A stretch of DNA of 62,105 bases, counting the filler, from Choristocarpus tenellus KU-1152 (lineage: Eukaryota; Protista; Phaeophyceae): NCBI GenBank assembly GCA_964200185.2. It is 13 parts of 13 records of this genome, joined end to end, with 100 filler letters (N's around TTAATTAATTAA, not from the genome) between each part and the next. Parts side by side here need not be neighbours in the genome. Positions count along the whole stretch, not along the records: positions 1 to 5,003 come from CAXNAD020012206.1; positions 5,104 to 8,289 come from CAXNAD020021690.1; positions 8,390 to 11,578 come from CAXNAD020021669.1; 10 more parts are not named here. The stretch is one strand, 5' to 3'. Each line of letters opens with the position of its first letter. The stretch's first letter is position 1. The position numbers and the translations under genes were made by a program. Shown here piece by piece: positions 1 to 11,678 of the stretch. The notes beneath the pieces were generated by a model. That model did not search any database. It saw only the letters and a program-made list of their open reading frames with translations, and was not told where the DNA came from.

Positions 1-1070
1 GTGTTTTGAGTTGGGGGGGGGAAAGGGGGGGGGGAAAGATTCTTGTGGAGTGTGTGGTTTATCAACAAAATTATGTTGAGAAGTTCATTATACTTGGAGT
101 TTAAAAAAAATAGTTTTGCAACTCAATTACCAAGTGATGCTTCAAGTATGGTACTAACAAAAAAAATAATTTGAAACACAAACACCCTCCCTTCTGACTT
201 GTGTCAAGTATACTGAAACCCTATGTAAAAGCCTTTTAATTCAAAAGGCCAAGACAGTCCTCAAATCAGTATGTTGTACAACTAACATACATTTTTTTTA
301 TATTTCTACAAAAATTTAAGATTATTATTATATTATTGTCCTAACCCTAACCCTAATCCTTATTATATTAACAATAATAATAATAATCCAATAAAAATAG
401 TCGTGACCAATACCAACACATCTGGTGCATTCATCACCATCTTCCCGCATCCACCTCCCCACCAAAAAAATCTCAAAAAAAAAAATAGTGCCACAAAAAG
501 AAACAATGCTAACCCTCAAATTTCAACTTGCAACATCTTAAACAACAAGGTTCCTAAGAAGTGAGCAATACTGGATGATCACCCTGTATTCTACCTCAAT
601 TGGGATGCAACAGTGCACTCTCCTTAGCAGGGGTTCAGACATAAATGGAATGAGAATTAACAACCATAACAATACATACTACAAAAAGGTATACCTCATG
701 TATCATCAACAATACATGCCACAAAAGGGCACACCTCATGACACGAGCACACCTCCACAAGGTAGATAAATGTTGACTATCCACCATAAAGTTAACGTCA
801 CACTTTTTGTCCTAACAACATACATTATCATCTACCCGTAAATCAAAACAATTGAAAAATAACCATCAAAAGTTTCAATCTATATACCTTGGCAAACAAT
901 CAAAACAAGACACATCACCCCAATTTAATTTCCGCACATTCAGAAATTATTCTCGGAACAATCCAAAAATATTCTCAGAAAATAAAAAACACAAATTGAC
1001 AAACACCACCCAAGGATAATCACAGCCCCCCCCCAAAAAAAAAATAAAAACACTACCCCATCACATTCAC

Positions 1071-4000
1071 CTTTTGCCTAGTGACACTCCCTGCCCCTCC
1101 CAGCCCCCCAGAGTTGGCTGCCTCCCACTGTTCAAACACAGCTGTATCTGACGCCCCTCCCACCGCCCCCATTGGGGTGACCGTTGGTCCCCTTCGATGG
1201 CGTGTGGCGGTATCAACCTGTCAAAATTTACAGCAATAGAGGGTTAGGGTTAGGGTTAGGGAAGGGAACACCCGGACCTACCTACAATCGATTTTGACAC
1301 GGTAACATTTTCTTTTTTCTTTTTATAAATAAAAAAATCCAAGAAATTTAAAAGATATTAACATGCACTCTCCGTCCGTAAGAAAAAAGTGACAGCCTCT
1401 TCTTACTTCAAAAAAGGTTCAAGTTACCACTGTTGGATCTTTTCATCACTTAAAATTTCAAAAAAGAATACAAATGTCCATTTTAAAGAAAATTCTACCT
1501 GATCCCATGGTTTAACAGAAAGGAATACAAATGATACGATAATTGATTAACCCTTGAGTCAGTGTAGAGCAAACTACTTCCAACACCATTTCCAACAATG
1601 TTGGTCTTCTAGTCTCAGTGCCTGGACTTAACCCCAGACACTCACTCTCAAATCACACAAAACATGTGTATATTTATTTCACTACAGGGCACCACAGAGA
1701 AAGCTCTGGAGCCAAGGCGACCAAGATCAGATTCTAGACTAAAGAATAAAAAATATATATATTTCAAGGTTTAGTAACATCAGCAGGCTTTTTTTGTTCA
1801 CTCGACGGAGAAAAATAAAAATTAATACTGATTAAAATAAAATCGTGCTATTTTTTTTTTAATTTCAACATATACACACACATATATTTTTAAAAACACA
1901 GACGGCTGCCATTAGCAAAATATGAGCACATCACACGTCCACAAACATCAACACCATGTCCACAAACATCAACGAACAAAAAAATACGAAAAGTGACTCT
2001 CCCTCGTTGAGAACCCTAACCCTAACCCTAAACCATCACCAACAACAAAAGAGTCAACACATCAATCTCCTTACAGCTAGTGAGTACACTTGAACCATGG
2101 AAGAGTCAGGTAGCGAACGCCTCAGAGCTCCAGCAGACCGCTCATGAAGGTCCCATGTAACAAAGCGTGTAAGTGCCTTGAGGTCATCCTTGCATCGAGC
2201 AAGACACTCATCCACCGATTTATCAACAAAATTTTCGTAGACCCTCCTCACAATAAAACCTGAAAAAAAAAAAAACACACACACATGCACGCACGCACGC
2301 ACACCACCCGGAACAACAAAAAAATGGAAAAAAATGGAAAAAAAATAATAAGATGCACCCCGAACCGCGAATAATTGTAACTGTCATTATTAACTGCTGA
2401 GGTTAAAACGTATCAAATGCACGTCTTTTTATTTATTTAAATCTAACAAATCAAAGTACAAACACAAGTCACAAAATAATAAAACACATCGGTTCTTAAT
2501 TCAAGTAGTACAGTATTTCGGCTCTTTACATTTCAGATCGCAAAAGAGTTCCTTACAAGCAATAAAGATAGCAATAATTAACAAAAATATACACAATAAA
2601 GATGAAAAAACAATTTAAACAAGGATATTCACTCACAACATCAACACCTGTACAGCAACCCCTCTCAACCTTGGATTTTTTTTGCGTGAGGTAAGCCTGA
2701 CTTCTTGGTTCCTTCTTATTAACTCTTATATACAGAACACAACATTTATTAACTCTTATATACAGAACATGATATTTATTAACATTTTGCAACATTCCCC
2801 CTCAATTATCTGATCTCTATATCTATATCTATATATATATATCTCTATCGCTATCTATACCTCTATCTATATATATATATCTCTATATCCATACTTCGTA
2901 CTTTTTTTAAGAAAGTCCTTATTAACCAAGACTCATCATCCCAACCCTAACCCTTCCAATATAAAGTTACAAGCATAAAAACATACATATATACACATAC
3001 AAATACATACATACACATACACACATACATACATAATACACATAATACATATACATAGCATGTATCTTACCAAACGGTTTCTGATGTGTTTCACTCATAG
3101 TCATCCCCTCTGCCTTGAGCATGTGTTCCACCACCTCAAAGAGTCTCTTCATGACATGTACTGTTCTGATTCTCAGTGACTCTAATGTAGGTTCAAAAGA
3201 CACACGAGCCTGCACCAACAGCAGTGAAGTAGCATTCAAGGGGGTGAGGGGGGTATGTATTGGACCACTGTACTCTTCAAAATAATAATAATCATAATTC
3301 ACTAACATTGGACTACTTTACTCTCAAAACTAATAATAATCATAATACACTAATATTGGACTACTTTACTCTCAAAAATAATAATAATCATAATACACTA
3401 ATATTGGACCACTTTACTCTCAAAAATAATAATAATCACAATACACTAACATTGTACAACTTTACTATTATTTAATAATATTATTATTAATAATGCACCA
3501 TGAAGAACAGTAGGACACTCATTGGTCGAGTTAGGTCACACATAAATAAAAATAAATAAAAAATACAGTTACTATTTATTCTCAGCACATTCCCAAAAAA
3601 TCAAAAGCAGAGCATCAACTGTATACAGTGCTCTCTCTTCCTTACACAGGCAATGTACCCCATATTGTCACAACACCAGTTACACTTCAATAAGAATACC
3701 CCATATTGTCACTACTGTACCTTTTCTACGGCAATGACACAAGCTGCACGCATGAAGTTAACTCCATCATGCATATCCCCTATGCCTGCTGCATTAGCAA
3801 TCTCGTCCTCCGTCACCTGCATTAAAAAAAATACACACACACGGAAACATTTATATTTTTTTAAAATCAAAGTATAGTTAATAGTTATAGTCCAAACCAA
3901 ACCAGATAGAAAGAGGACACAACTCAGCAACAGGGTGTGTGGGCGCTTTGACCGCTTTGACCACTTCAACTTATTTTAACTTCATTTTTATTTTTTAAAT

Positions 4001-4895
4001 TTTGTCGGGTCAAAACCTATTTGAATTGTAAGGATTATCACTTCTACTATTTGAATTAACTATCTGATTTAACTATTGAATTAACTCACAGAACTAAACA
4101 AAAAGCACTACACGACTCTAATCTGTCACATTATCCAAAACATACCCCACCAGGAAGACAGAGGGGTCATCCATCTCACAAGCACCCCCCCAACTCACTA
4201 TTGCATTGAGTCATCACACAAAGCACCTCCATTATTTACTCGACACAGAATCCCTACAACACTACCCCTAACCCTGACACTGACCTCTCTCCACCATAGT
4301 ACGCCAACAAAGTCTCTACAACATAAACATACAACCCAATCAACCCATAAACCTAAACCTAACCCTAACTCTACTACAAAGTGGTTGCTCTGCTCCTCCT
4401 ACAATGAATCCATACACATCAAAATGACAAACCTAAGGGTCAAAAAAAAAAAATCAAATCAAATCTAGTTTTATGTCAAGATCGGGGATGAGATTTCCTC
4501 TGAACAGAAATTAAAAAAAAGTAAGAAAGTGAAAGTGCAGTTGTTCTAAGTAACTTCAACATAGGGAATTCCAACAAACCTGTTCCAACAAACCTGTCAG
4601 GCAAGTCAAGAACAATAAAAATTAAAAACACATCAAAGACGACAACACCTACTGAATACCTCCATACCCTACTAACATCATTAAAAAAAATAATAATTCC
4701 AACATAAATGATATAGTTAGATACATATAGTTAGAAAGGAGCATGGACTTCAGGGCCAGGGCCACTACATTTAGGGTTAGGGAGACTCACCTCTGGCAGG
4801 CTCATATGCCTCACAGCAAAGTTGAACTCCCTTATTGCTCGATGGTACTGTGCACCACCAAACAACTTATGTTTACAGTTGCCCACCTCCATTTC
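1071..4895 (-). CDS. ARC5: Plastid-division dynamin-related protein DRP5B/ARC5, internal fragment (5 exons)
   Basis: Phase-consistent GT-AG exons 4791-4895, 3721-3816, 3071-3209, 2075-2259, 1071-1217 give ...KLFGGAQYHRAIREF...VTEDEIANAAGIGDMHDGVNFMRAACVIAVEKARVSFEP...CKDDLKALTRFVTWDLHERSAGALRR. This matches recalled ARC5 motifs (LYGGAQYHRAMAEF, EEIVNACGVEDIHDGTNYSRTACVIAVAKA, TRYVTWSLH). Both ends lie outside the recognised exons. Confidence 0.92.
1240..1261 (+). repeat. Interstitial telomeric tract (TTAGGG)n, representative of about 20 short tracts
   Basis: AGGGTTAGGGTTAGGGTTAGGG. Others near 340, 2013, 2943, 4352, 4771, 12358, 14509, 15640, 15753, 31829, 31913, 33620, 34297, 35543, 36073, 37468, 41284, 44280, 50417, 51391. 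Confidence 0.9.
3260..3466. repeat. Intronic 48-bp minisatellite, about 4.3 copies
   Basis: Unit TTGGACTACTTTACTCTCAAAAATAATAATAATCATAATACACTAATA starting at 3260, 3308, 3356, 3404, 3452. Confidence 0.95.
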
Positions 4896-5003
4896 CTACA
4901 GAGCACATGGGGAGAAAGGGGGGGGGGGAGGGGGGTGTGTTCAGATTCAAGGCCAGAGAGCACTCCATGCTTCTACAGTGGCAAAAGGATATAGAACAAG
5001 GTT

Positions 5004-5103
5004 NNNNNNNNNNNNNNNNNNNNNNNNNNNNNNNNNNNNNNNNNNNNTTAATTAATTAANNNNNNNNNNNNNNNNNNNNNNNNNNNNNNNNNNNNNNNNN
5101 NNN
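5004..5103. other. Artificial contig-joining spacer (first of 12)
   Basis: N44-TTAATTAATTAA-N44, with stops in all six frames. Identical spacers at 8290-8389, 11579-11678, 15979-16078, 21547-21646, 25268-25367, 30272-30371, 36145-36244, 40462-40561, 46823-46922, 49835-49934, 54986-55085. Confidence 0.98.
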
Positions 5104-5677
5104 GTGGGGGTGGGGGTGGGGGTACGGGGGGTACAGGAGGAGAGGACCCAAAGCTGAGATCACTAGCATTGGTGCTGGACGAGAGCAAGAAGGTTTGTTT
5201 AGGGTTATGGATGGGGTAGACTTACATTAAGAGGAGGGAAGGGAAAGTTGTCATTGACCCTGGTAGGGCAAAGGGAAGAGAAGGGGAGGGGTTGTGTGTG
5301 GGGTAAGGTGTCCATGGTTGGAGTAGAGCATTGGTGTGTTTGGTCATGCGGGGTGAAATGTGATGTGCTGTTGCATTTTTCTTTTTTAAAATATTTTTGT
5401 TGTGTTTTTTTTGCATCCTACACTTTTTTTGTTTTGAAAAGAAGTGATAGGGGTTTGAAAGACACATGTTATTGCAGAGGCTGGTTGTGTAGGGTTATTT
5501 CAGTGAGGTGAAGTGGGGCAAGTTATGTTATGATTGTTTGAGAAAAGGTGTGTTGTGTTGTTGCTATGGCAAGAGAGGAGACAATGTTTGAGTGTGGTTC
5601 ATCGTACTTTGCTATATATTTGATGTTGAAGGTTTCTGGAGAGTATACGCTGTACACTTTGTGTTAGATTAAACTTA

Positions 5678-5708
<31 letters not shown>

Positions 5709-8289
5709 ATCACAGTCTCGTTTTATTTTTTGATGTATCATTTCCTTTACTCTTTGCACTTTTCTTCAAAGAAGAAATCCTTGCTTTTGTATGTATGTTC
5801 AAGAATTATGTCACCTTTTCATGTTGTGCTGTGAAGCATGGTCTGCATTACTTGGTGTGTGATAGTTTTTTCTCCCTTGAGGCTCTGTTTTATAGTTATG
5901 TATACTTGAAAAGTGCATCAGGTGTTTGATCCCTGGCCCTATTTAGGTTGCGTGTAAGTGCTTATCTGTACTTAGTAAATGCTCGCCTGTGTCCACTTCT
6001 TTATATCCCATTTTTTTTTCTGGTCATGGGGGGGGTATTTTTTTTTCCGGTGGGTTATAATTTATTGATCTTAATTTGGGATGGGCACAGGAAGCTCGTT
6101 GGCTCCGGGACCGCAATCAGGAGTTGGAGCGTGTGGTGGAGGCGTTGAGGAAGACTATCATGAGGCAAGCGGAGCTGTCAAGCCAACGGCAGGAGCAGCA
6201 GCAGCACCATCATCATCAGCAGCAGCAGGGTGAAGTAGATTATGTATCGCACATGGTGTGATGTGTGACCCGTGGGGGTTATGCTTTTTCTCTTTTCTTG
6301 AGGTTGTCCTGATTGATCTTATATTTTTTTTATTCTGTAGTGCTTTTAAGAGGAAAATATTTGGCGGTGTGTATATATTGTTCTGAAGTTTTTATTATGG
6401 GGATGGATGGATGTTTTGAGTGGAAAGACTTGGTGAGTACAATTTGTATTGGCTAACAAAAAAAATCGGGTTGCTGGTACCTGGTTGGAGCAGGCACATC
6501 CAAGTTTGTCCAGTGTTTGGTACGTGTAGAATACCTCTTTTTTATGTCAAGCTATTGTTACAGGATTTCTTTTTTTTTTTTTGGGGGGGGGGAGGTGTAG
6601 GAGGTTGATCGCTCTGTTTCTGTTGTTAGTCTTTGTAATGCCATGATTGTGGATGTTGTCTTACGTTGACATTTTATTTTCCCTCTCTTTGCCTTAAGTA
6701 ATGGGAAACAGTGTTGTATACTGTATAGTACTATACAGTGATATTGGTAGGGTTGGGAATGTAAGGAATGAAGTGAACATGGATTTAAAGGACTTGGAAA
6801 GTTTTGTGTACTCAATTGAATCGAAATGTGGGTGCAGCTGGGGAGATGAAGAGCATGAAACACCTATTATGGTGCCGTTACTTTCTCTCTCTCTCTCTCT
6901 TTCTCTTGCGACAAGTCTTTTGAAATCGATGAATCCTCTCAGGTCACTAGAGTGAGGATTGTTATGTTGTGAACAGAATAATATTCTTCCCGTTTGACTC
7001 AGTATCAGATGTTTTGAATTTCTTTATATTTGATTATTTCTTACCATATCGCGTCCCTTACCCTCAAAACCACATCATTGCCCTTACTGGGCGCAACTCA
7101 TTCCCCCGCCTCCCCCTCTGGTGTCCCCCTCCCTGGCTTGTTTTGATCCTTGTGTTGTGCATGGCTATCCATGGGACGGTCCTGCTACCCTGTGTGCAGT
7201 CCATCGCCCACCTCATGGACCACGTACTCGAGGTACATATAATAACCATCACCACTCGCAGCAAGCGCAGCAGCAACAGCAACAGCAACAGCAGCCACCA
7301 CATGCTCATGGCCATGGACACCAGCACTCTAGTCTGAGAGGAGGGTGGCAGGACATGATGGCCCCGCAGGTAGCGGTAAATGTATTTTTTAAAGTTATAT
7401 TTGCTGTTGAAAGGTTAAGAGTATTTATCGGAGTTTGATGAATAGGATGGCAGGGCATTTGGGCATAAGATGGAGAGGGTTGTGTATGGTATGGCTGTGG
7501 GAGGAACTGATGATGGAATGAGGATATGATTGGTTTAGGTCATACTGTCAGTGGTGTAACTCACTTTGTTGTACCAATCTCTCCCCCCTCATTTTGGGTT
7601 GGTGACACTTTTTGGTTTCTTGAAAAGTCAACGGCCTGGCACAAACTAGAGTTCATTTTTTCGGCCTTGTGGGGCAGCGGTGTGCAGTTGGGTCAGGGTT
7701 ACTGAGATGTTTTTGGTAAGGGTTGGTTCTAGTGATTTGAGATATGTAGGGTTAATAAAATTCTTTTTTGGACTTTTGGACTTTTTTTTGTTTGTTGGTG
7801 AGAATTTTATTTATAACTTTTGTACAAGTAGAAACATTGAATTGACATTTTTTTTTTTTTCATGGTTATGTGATTGAATTATCGCCTATTTAATTAAGAA
7901 GAGGTTTAAATGGTATTAAATAGTTCTCAAGTGGTGGAAAAGGTGATAAAATTTTGGCCAATATGATAACGACAACGTAATCGTCAGCTCCTTGATACTG
8001 ATCTCTCTCTCTCTCTCTCTCCTTGTATGCAATTTCCAACACCTTCCTTTTTGCCCCCCTCATCCATCCTCATCCTGACCGTTTCCTAAGCAGTGCCCGC
8101 AACCCATCCTGTCCCCCATCCTTTACTAAATCACATTACTTCGATGAACTCAATCAGGAGGAGCGCTTTGGGCGTGGTGGTGTTGTAGCTGGGGTTGGTG
8201 GCCCTGGAGGAGCGGGAGGAGGAGGGGAGCGCTTTAGGAGGGGGCCTTTAGCGGGCAGTGGGGTGCCAGGAGCTGTTGTTGGGGGTGGG
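5104..8289 (+). CDS. Hypothetical low-complexity (Gly/Gln/His-rich) coiled-coil protein, internal exons
   Basis: Phase-consistent exons <5104-5192 (GGEDPKLRSLALVLDESKK), 6091-6229 (EARWLRDRNQELERVVEALRKTI...), 7200-7369 (poly-Q/H) and 8158->8289 (Gly-rich), all with GT-AG borders. No family recognised. Confidence 0.7.
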
Positions 8290-8389
8290 NNNNNNNNNNN
8301 NNNNNNNNNNNNNNNNNNNNNNNNNNNNNNNNNTTAATTAATTAANNNNNNNNNNNNNNNNNNNNNNNNNNNNNNNNNNNNNNNNNNNN

Positions 8390-9052
8390 TGTCCTGGACG
8401 CTGCAACACGGAGTCCGTCCATGTCGTCCGTAGTAGCATATGGGGCCATTGGCGGGGAAGGTCCCCCTTGAGCGCAAATTGCAGGTGCCATGCCCTGGTG
8501 TACTGCCCTACCCGATCGCCCAACAGGGAAGTTATATGGGGTGTTGGAGTACTGGGAGGAAACCTCAGAACCTCTAGAACCGTTCGACCGTGTACGTTTC
8601 TGGCCGCCCCCTGATAGTGGGGAAGGTGGAGGACGAGCTTGTTCTATCAAAGCAATTTTCGTTAAAGCATCCTTCAGAGCATGGCGCAAGGCACAAGCCT
8701 CTTGGACAGCAGGACCAGCACGCCTGGCATGGTCCTCCGCAGTGACTGTGGGCAAAACATTGTCCCGCAAAGTCACAACTGGTCTCCCCACTTCTATTTC
8801 TTCTTCATTCTCATACGTAACCTTTAACACAGCATTCTCCGGAAAATGATGCAGGCAGATGTGAGCATTGGCCCCTCCTGGAAAGTCACTGCCGGGAGGC
8901 CGCAGGAGGTACAGCCACTCTTCCCGCTTTGAAATTTCGAGTGGAACTCTAACAAGGGCTTCCGCCTGGCATTGGTGGCACCACGACAAGGCGCAGGCGC
9001 AAGGACGACGTAATGGGCGCGGCCAATGTTGGGAAGAGCCATTAGGTTGCAT
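8390..9052 (-). CDS. THAP (C2CH) zinc-finger protein, intronless over this stretch, 3' end cut by the contig end
   Basis: CALSWC...RVPLEISKREEWLYLL...HICLHHFPENA...LRDNVLPT has the THAP signature: C-x4-C, conserved P and W, C-x2-H-F and an AVPT-like box. A short coiled-coil-like helix follows. Confidence 0.75.
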
Positions 9053-11364
9053 GTGGCCAACTGGCCAATCCTATTCGTCGTGAGGAGGAAGATTGGGAGG
9101 GGGAAAGAGCCTCCACAGAGAAAGGGCGAACGATTTCAGTCTTTCGCGCCTCCAATCATCCACCCTCGTGTCTTCAAAGTCGAGTTTGGTTGATATCAAA
9201 ATACTCAACTCTGCTCTCTGCACCTCCTCGCACACCTTGACGGGGAACACACAGTTAGGAATCAATTGGTATATAAATAATTTTCAGAAATAGGTCATAC
9301 AGTATTTGTTCCCATCGTCCATAGGGTGTTCAGCAACTTCCTCCATGATAGATCACGACATATTATACACAATTCATGAATTTTATACTTCGTATATGTG
9401 GTAATTTTTCCTGTATGTGTTTTGGAAGAGCTATATATATATACTATGCTTCCGATTGTGGCAATATGTATATATTGGTTCGAAACAGTATAGTTCGAAG
9501 TAATTTCAAGAAATACTTTAAATATTACAGTAAGTAGATATATTAGTTCTCAAGTACGTGTGTGCGTTCAAAATGAGGGTGGGAGAGAAGAAAAGAATTT
9601 TGTTTCCTACATTACTTACTTGGTAGTATTATATATATTTGAAACAATAGTCAACTAGACTAAAAAACATATTTTGACTATTATTTCAAATATATGTGTG
9701 TCATAACATCTTGAGTTTGTACAATGACTAATAATGTTTATTGTGGAATACGTAAGTATACATACTATCATTGATCTTCTGTGACAACATATTTATTCAT
9801 TCCTGTGAAAACAATGAAAGGAACCTCCATGTTTAAATCCTTCAACCCCTCTAAATTAACAGTTGCAAGTCAACAGTTGCATACATTTGCATTGCTCTTG
9901 GGAGCCTTGTACGGAAGAGGAGAGCATATCCCAACACAAAATGATTTTGTATGTACAAGTACTTGAATATACCGCAGATCATTGAACTTCAACATATTTT
10001 CTCATAGAGTTGTATCAATATTTGTATACGTTGAAGTATACATTACTGTGTAAACTGACATTTTGAAGATGTTGTCCAGAAAGGTGTCATGTACTGTAAG
10101 ACTGCACAACATCGTCCAGTTCAGTTGTTGAAAATGTAAAAGATCCCTCTCCAAAAGCTATTACTATTTTAATACTAGCTACACTACAACACTCCCGTAA
10201 AGTTTGGTACTTTCAACACTATGTGTAAACTGCTGCTATGCCTTTAACCCACCTTAGCCCTACAGAAGAAGAGGGCGAGAAGCTAGGGAAGCATACCAAG
10301 AATCTGACAGGCTCCTTCTTGCCCATCTGCCAATTGTTGCTGGATTGAAACGCATTTATGTATTCAACATTCCATAACGTCATCTGTTTCTTTCACATTC
10401 CCACCGTTCCGTATACACGGACAGTTATATATTTACACAGAGCAGATAAGCTGGGGTGCAGGACTACGCCAGGTTGGAGATACAGGAGGGCATCAGTGTA
10501 GTGTTGCAGGTAGTAAAATAGAAAATAGATTAATATCTTTCAAGATTACGACAACTGTTACTTTTGAAGAGTTATTCTGATATTTGAATGGTTTTCATTA
10601 GTTTTTCCATCTGCAAAATGTCAGAGGGCATAGTAATATATTTGGCATTTTGGATGGCGCTTTTGTATGGATAGATGGTAGTCAGATAGAAAATAGATTA
10701 TAGAACATATTCTTTCTTTGACACGTCCGCAAAAATTTTGAGGACAAAACAATAAATACAAGCGAAGGATAAACCCTAGATATTAATATTTTTATTGTGT
10801 GTACTTCTCTCAGGATTGAAGGTACTGCTATTAGAGCTCAACATACTACCATAACATATGATAGTATTTCTCAGCAGATCAGATCTCTGAATGCACTGTT
10901 TGAGGAGGGAAAATCCGATTTTGGGCGCATGCCCAAACGCCACACCAGCACAAGGAAATGCCCAAGAGTCCTAGCAAAGTGAGCATCAGGCACGAACGTA
11001 CCTTTCTTAACGGCAAAGAGCATTAAGTCAGGCAGACTACTGTACTAGATATCTTCTGGGTTGGGAAATGAGAAACGGGGTGTATCGGGGGCAACAGGGG
11101 GGTCAACAAAGGGGGGTGGTGGTGCTACAACACCATCCACGACCTGTGGTGTATAAGTTCCATAAAGCTCCCGACAGGATTATCATTGCCTATACTACAG
11201 CGGGTTGGGTGACATCCAACTTGCGATCCTGGCATTTCTTGACAAAATGGTCTTGACACAGCGCATGCCATCTCCTGATGATAGTCAGGCTGATCCAAAG
11301 CAACTGCATTCAACGCAGAAGAACTCAACAACAAGAGAGAAACCTGGTCAGGTGAAACATAGCT

Positions 11365-11544
11365 GACCCAAAGTATCTGGGGGGGGGGGGGGTTCTACGA
11401 CAGGGGTATCCATTTGGGTCAAAATCAGGAAAGTGTGTTTACCTTATCCATCAGACATATGCAACCAATTCACCCAAAATTGCGACATGAAAAAATTGAC
11501 CCCAAATGGACAGCCGCCACCCCCCCCCCCAGATACTTTGAGCC
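11365..11544. mobile_element. MITE type 1 (about 180 bp, TIR GGCTCAAAGTATCT+poly-G)
   Basis: Left GACCCAAAGTATCTG(n), right C(n)AGATACTTTGAGCC; inner inverted pair CCATTTGGGTC / GACCCCAAATGG; AGCT on both flanks. Confidence 0.85.
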
Positions 11545-11678
11545 AGCTGTTTGGCTATGTAACAGACTCTCCCGATACNNNNNNNNNNNNNNNNNNNNNN
11601 NNNNNNNNNNNNNNNNNNNNNNTTAATTAATTAANNNNNNNNNNNNNNNNNNNNNNNNNNNNNNNNNNNNNNNNNNNN

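Noticed and set aside
5004-5103. Recurrent TTAATTAATTAA palindrome as a biological motif, and gene neighbourhoods spanning it
   Set aside because: It is always centred in exactly 44+44 Ns, so it is an artificial linker. No clustering or synteny can be inferred across contigs.
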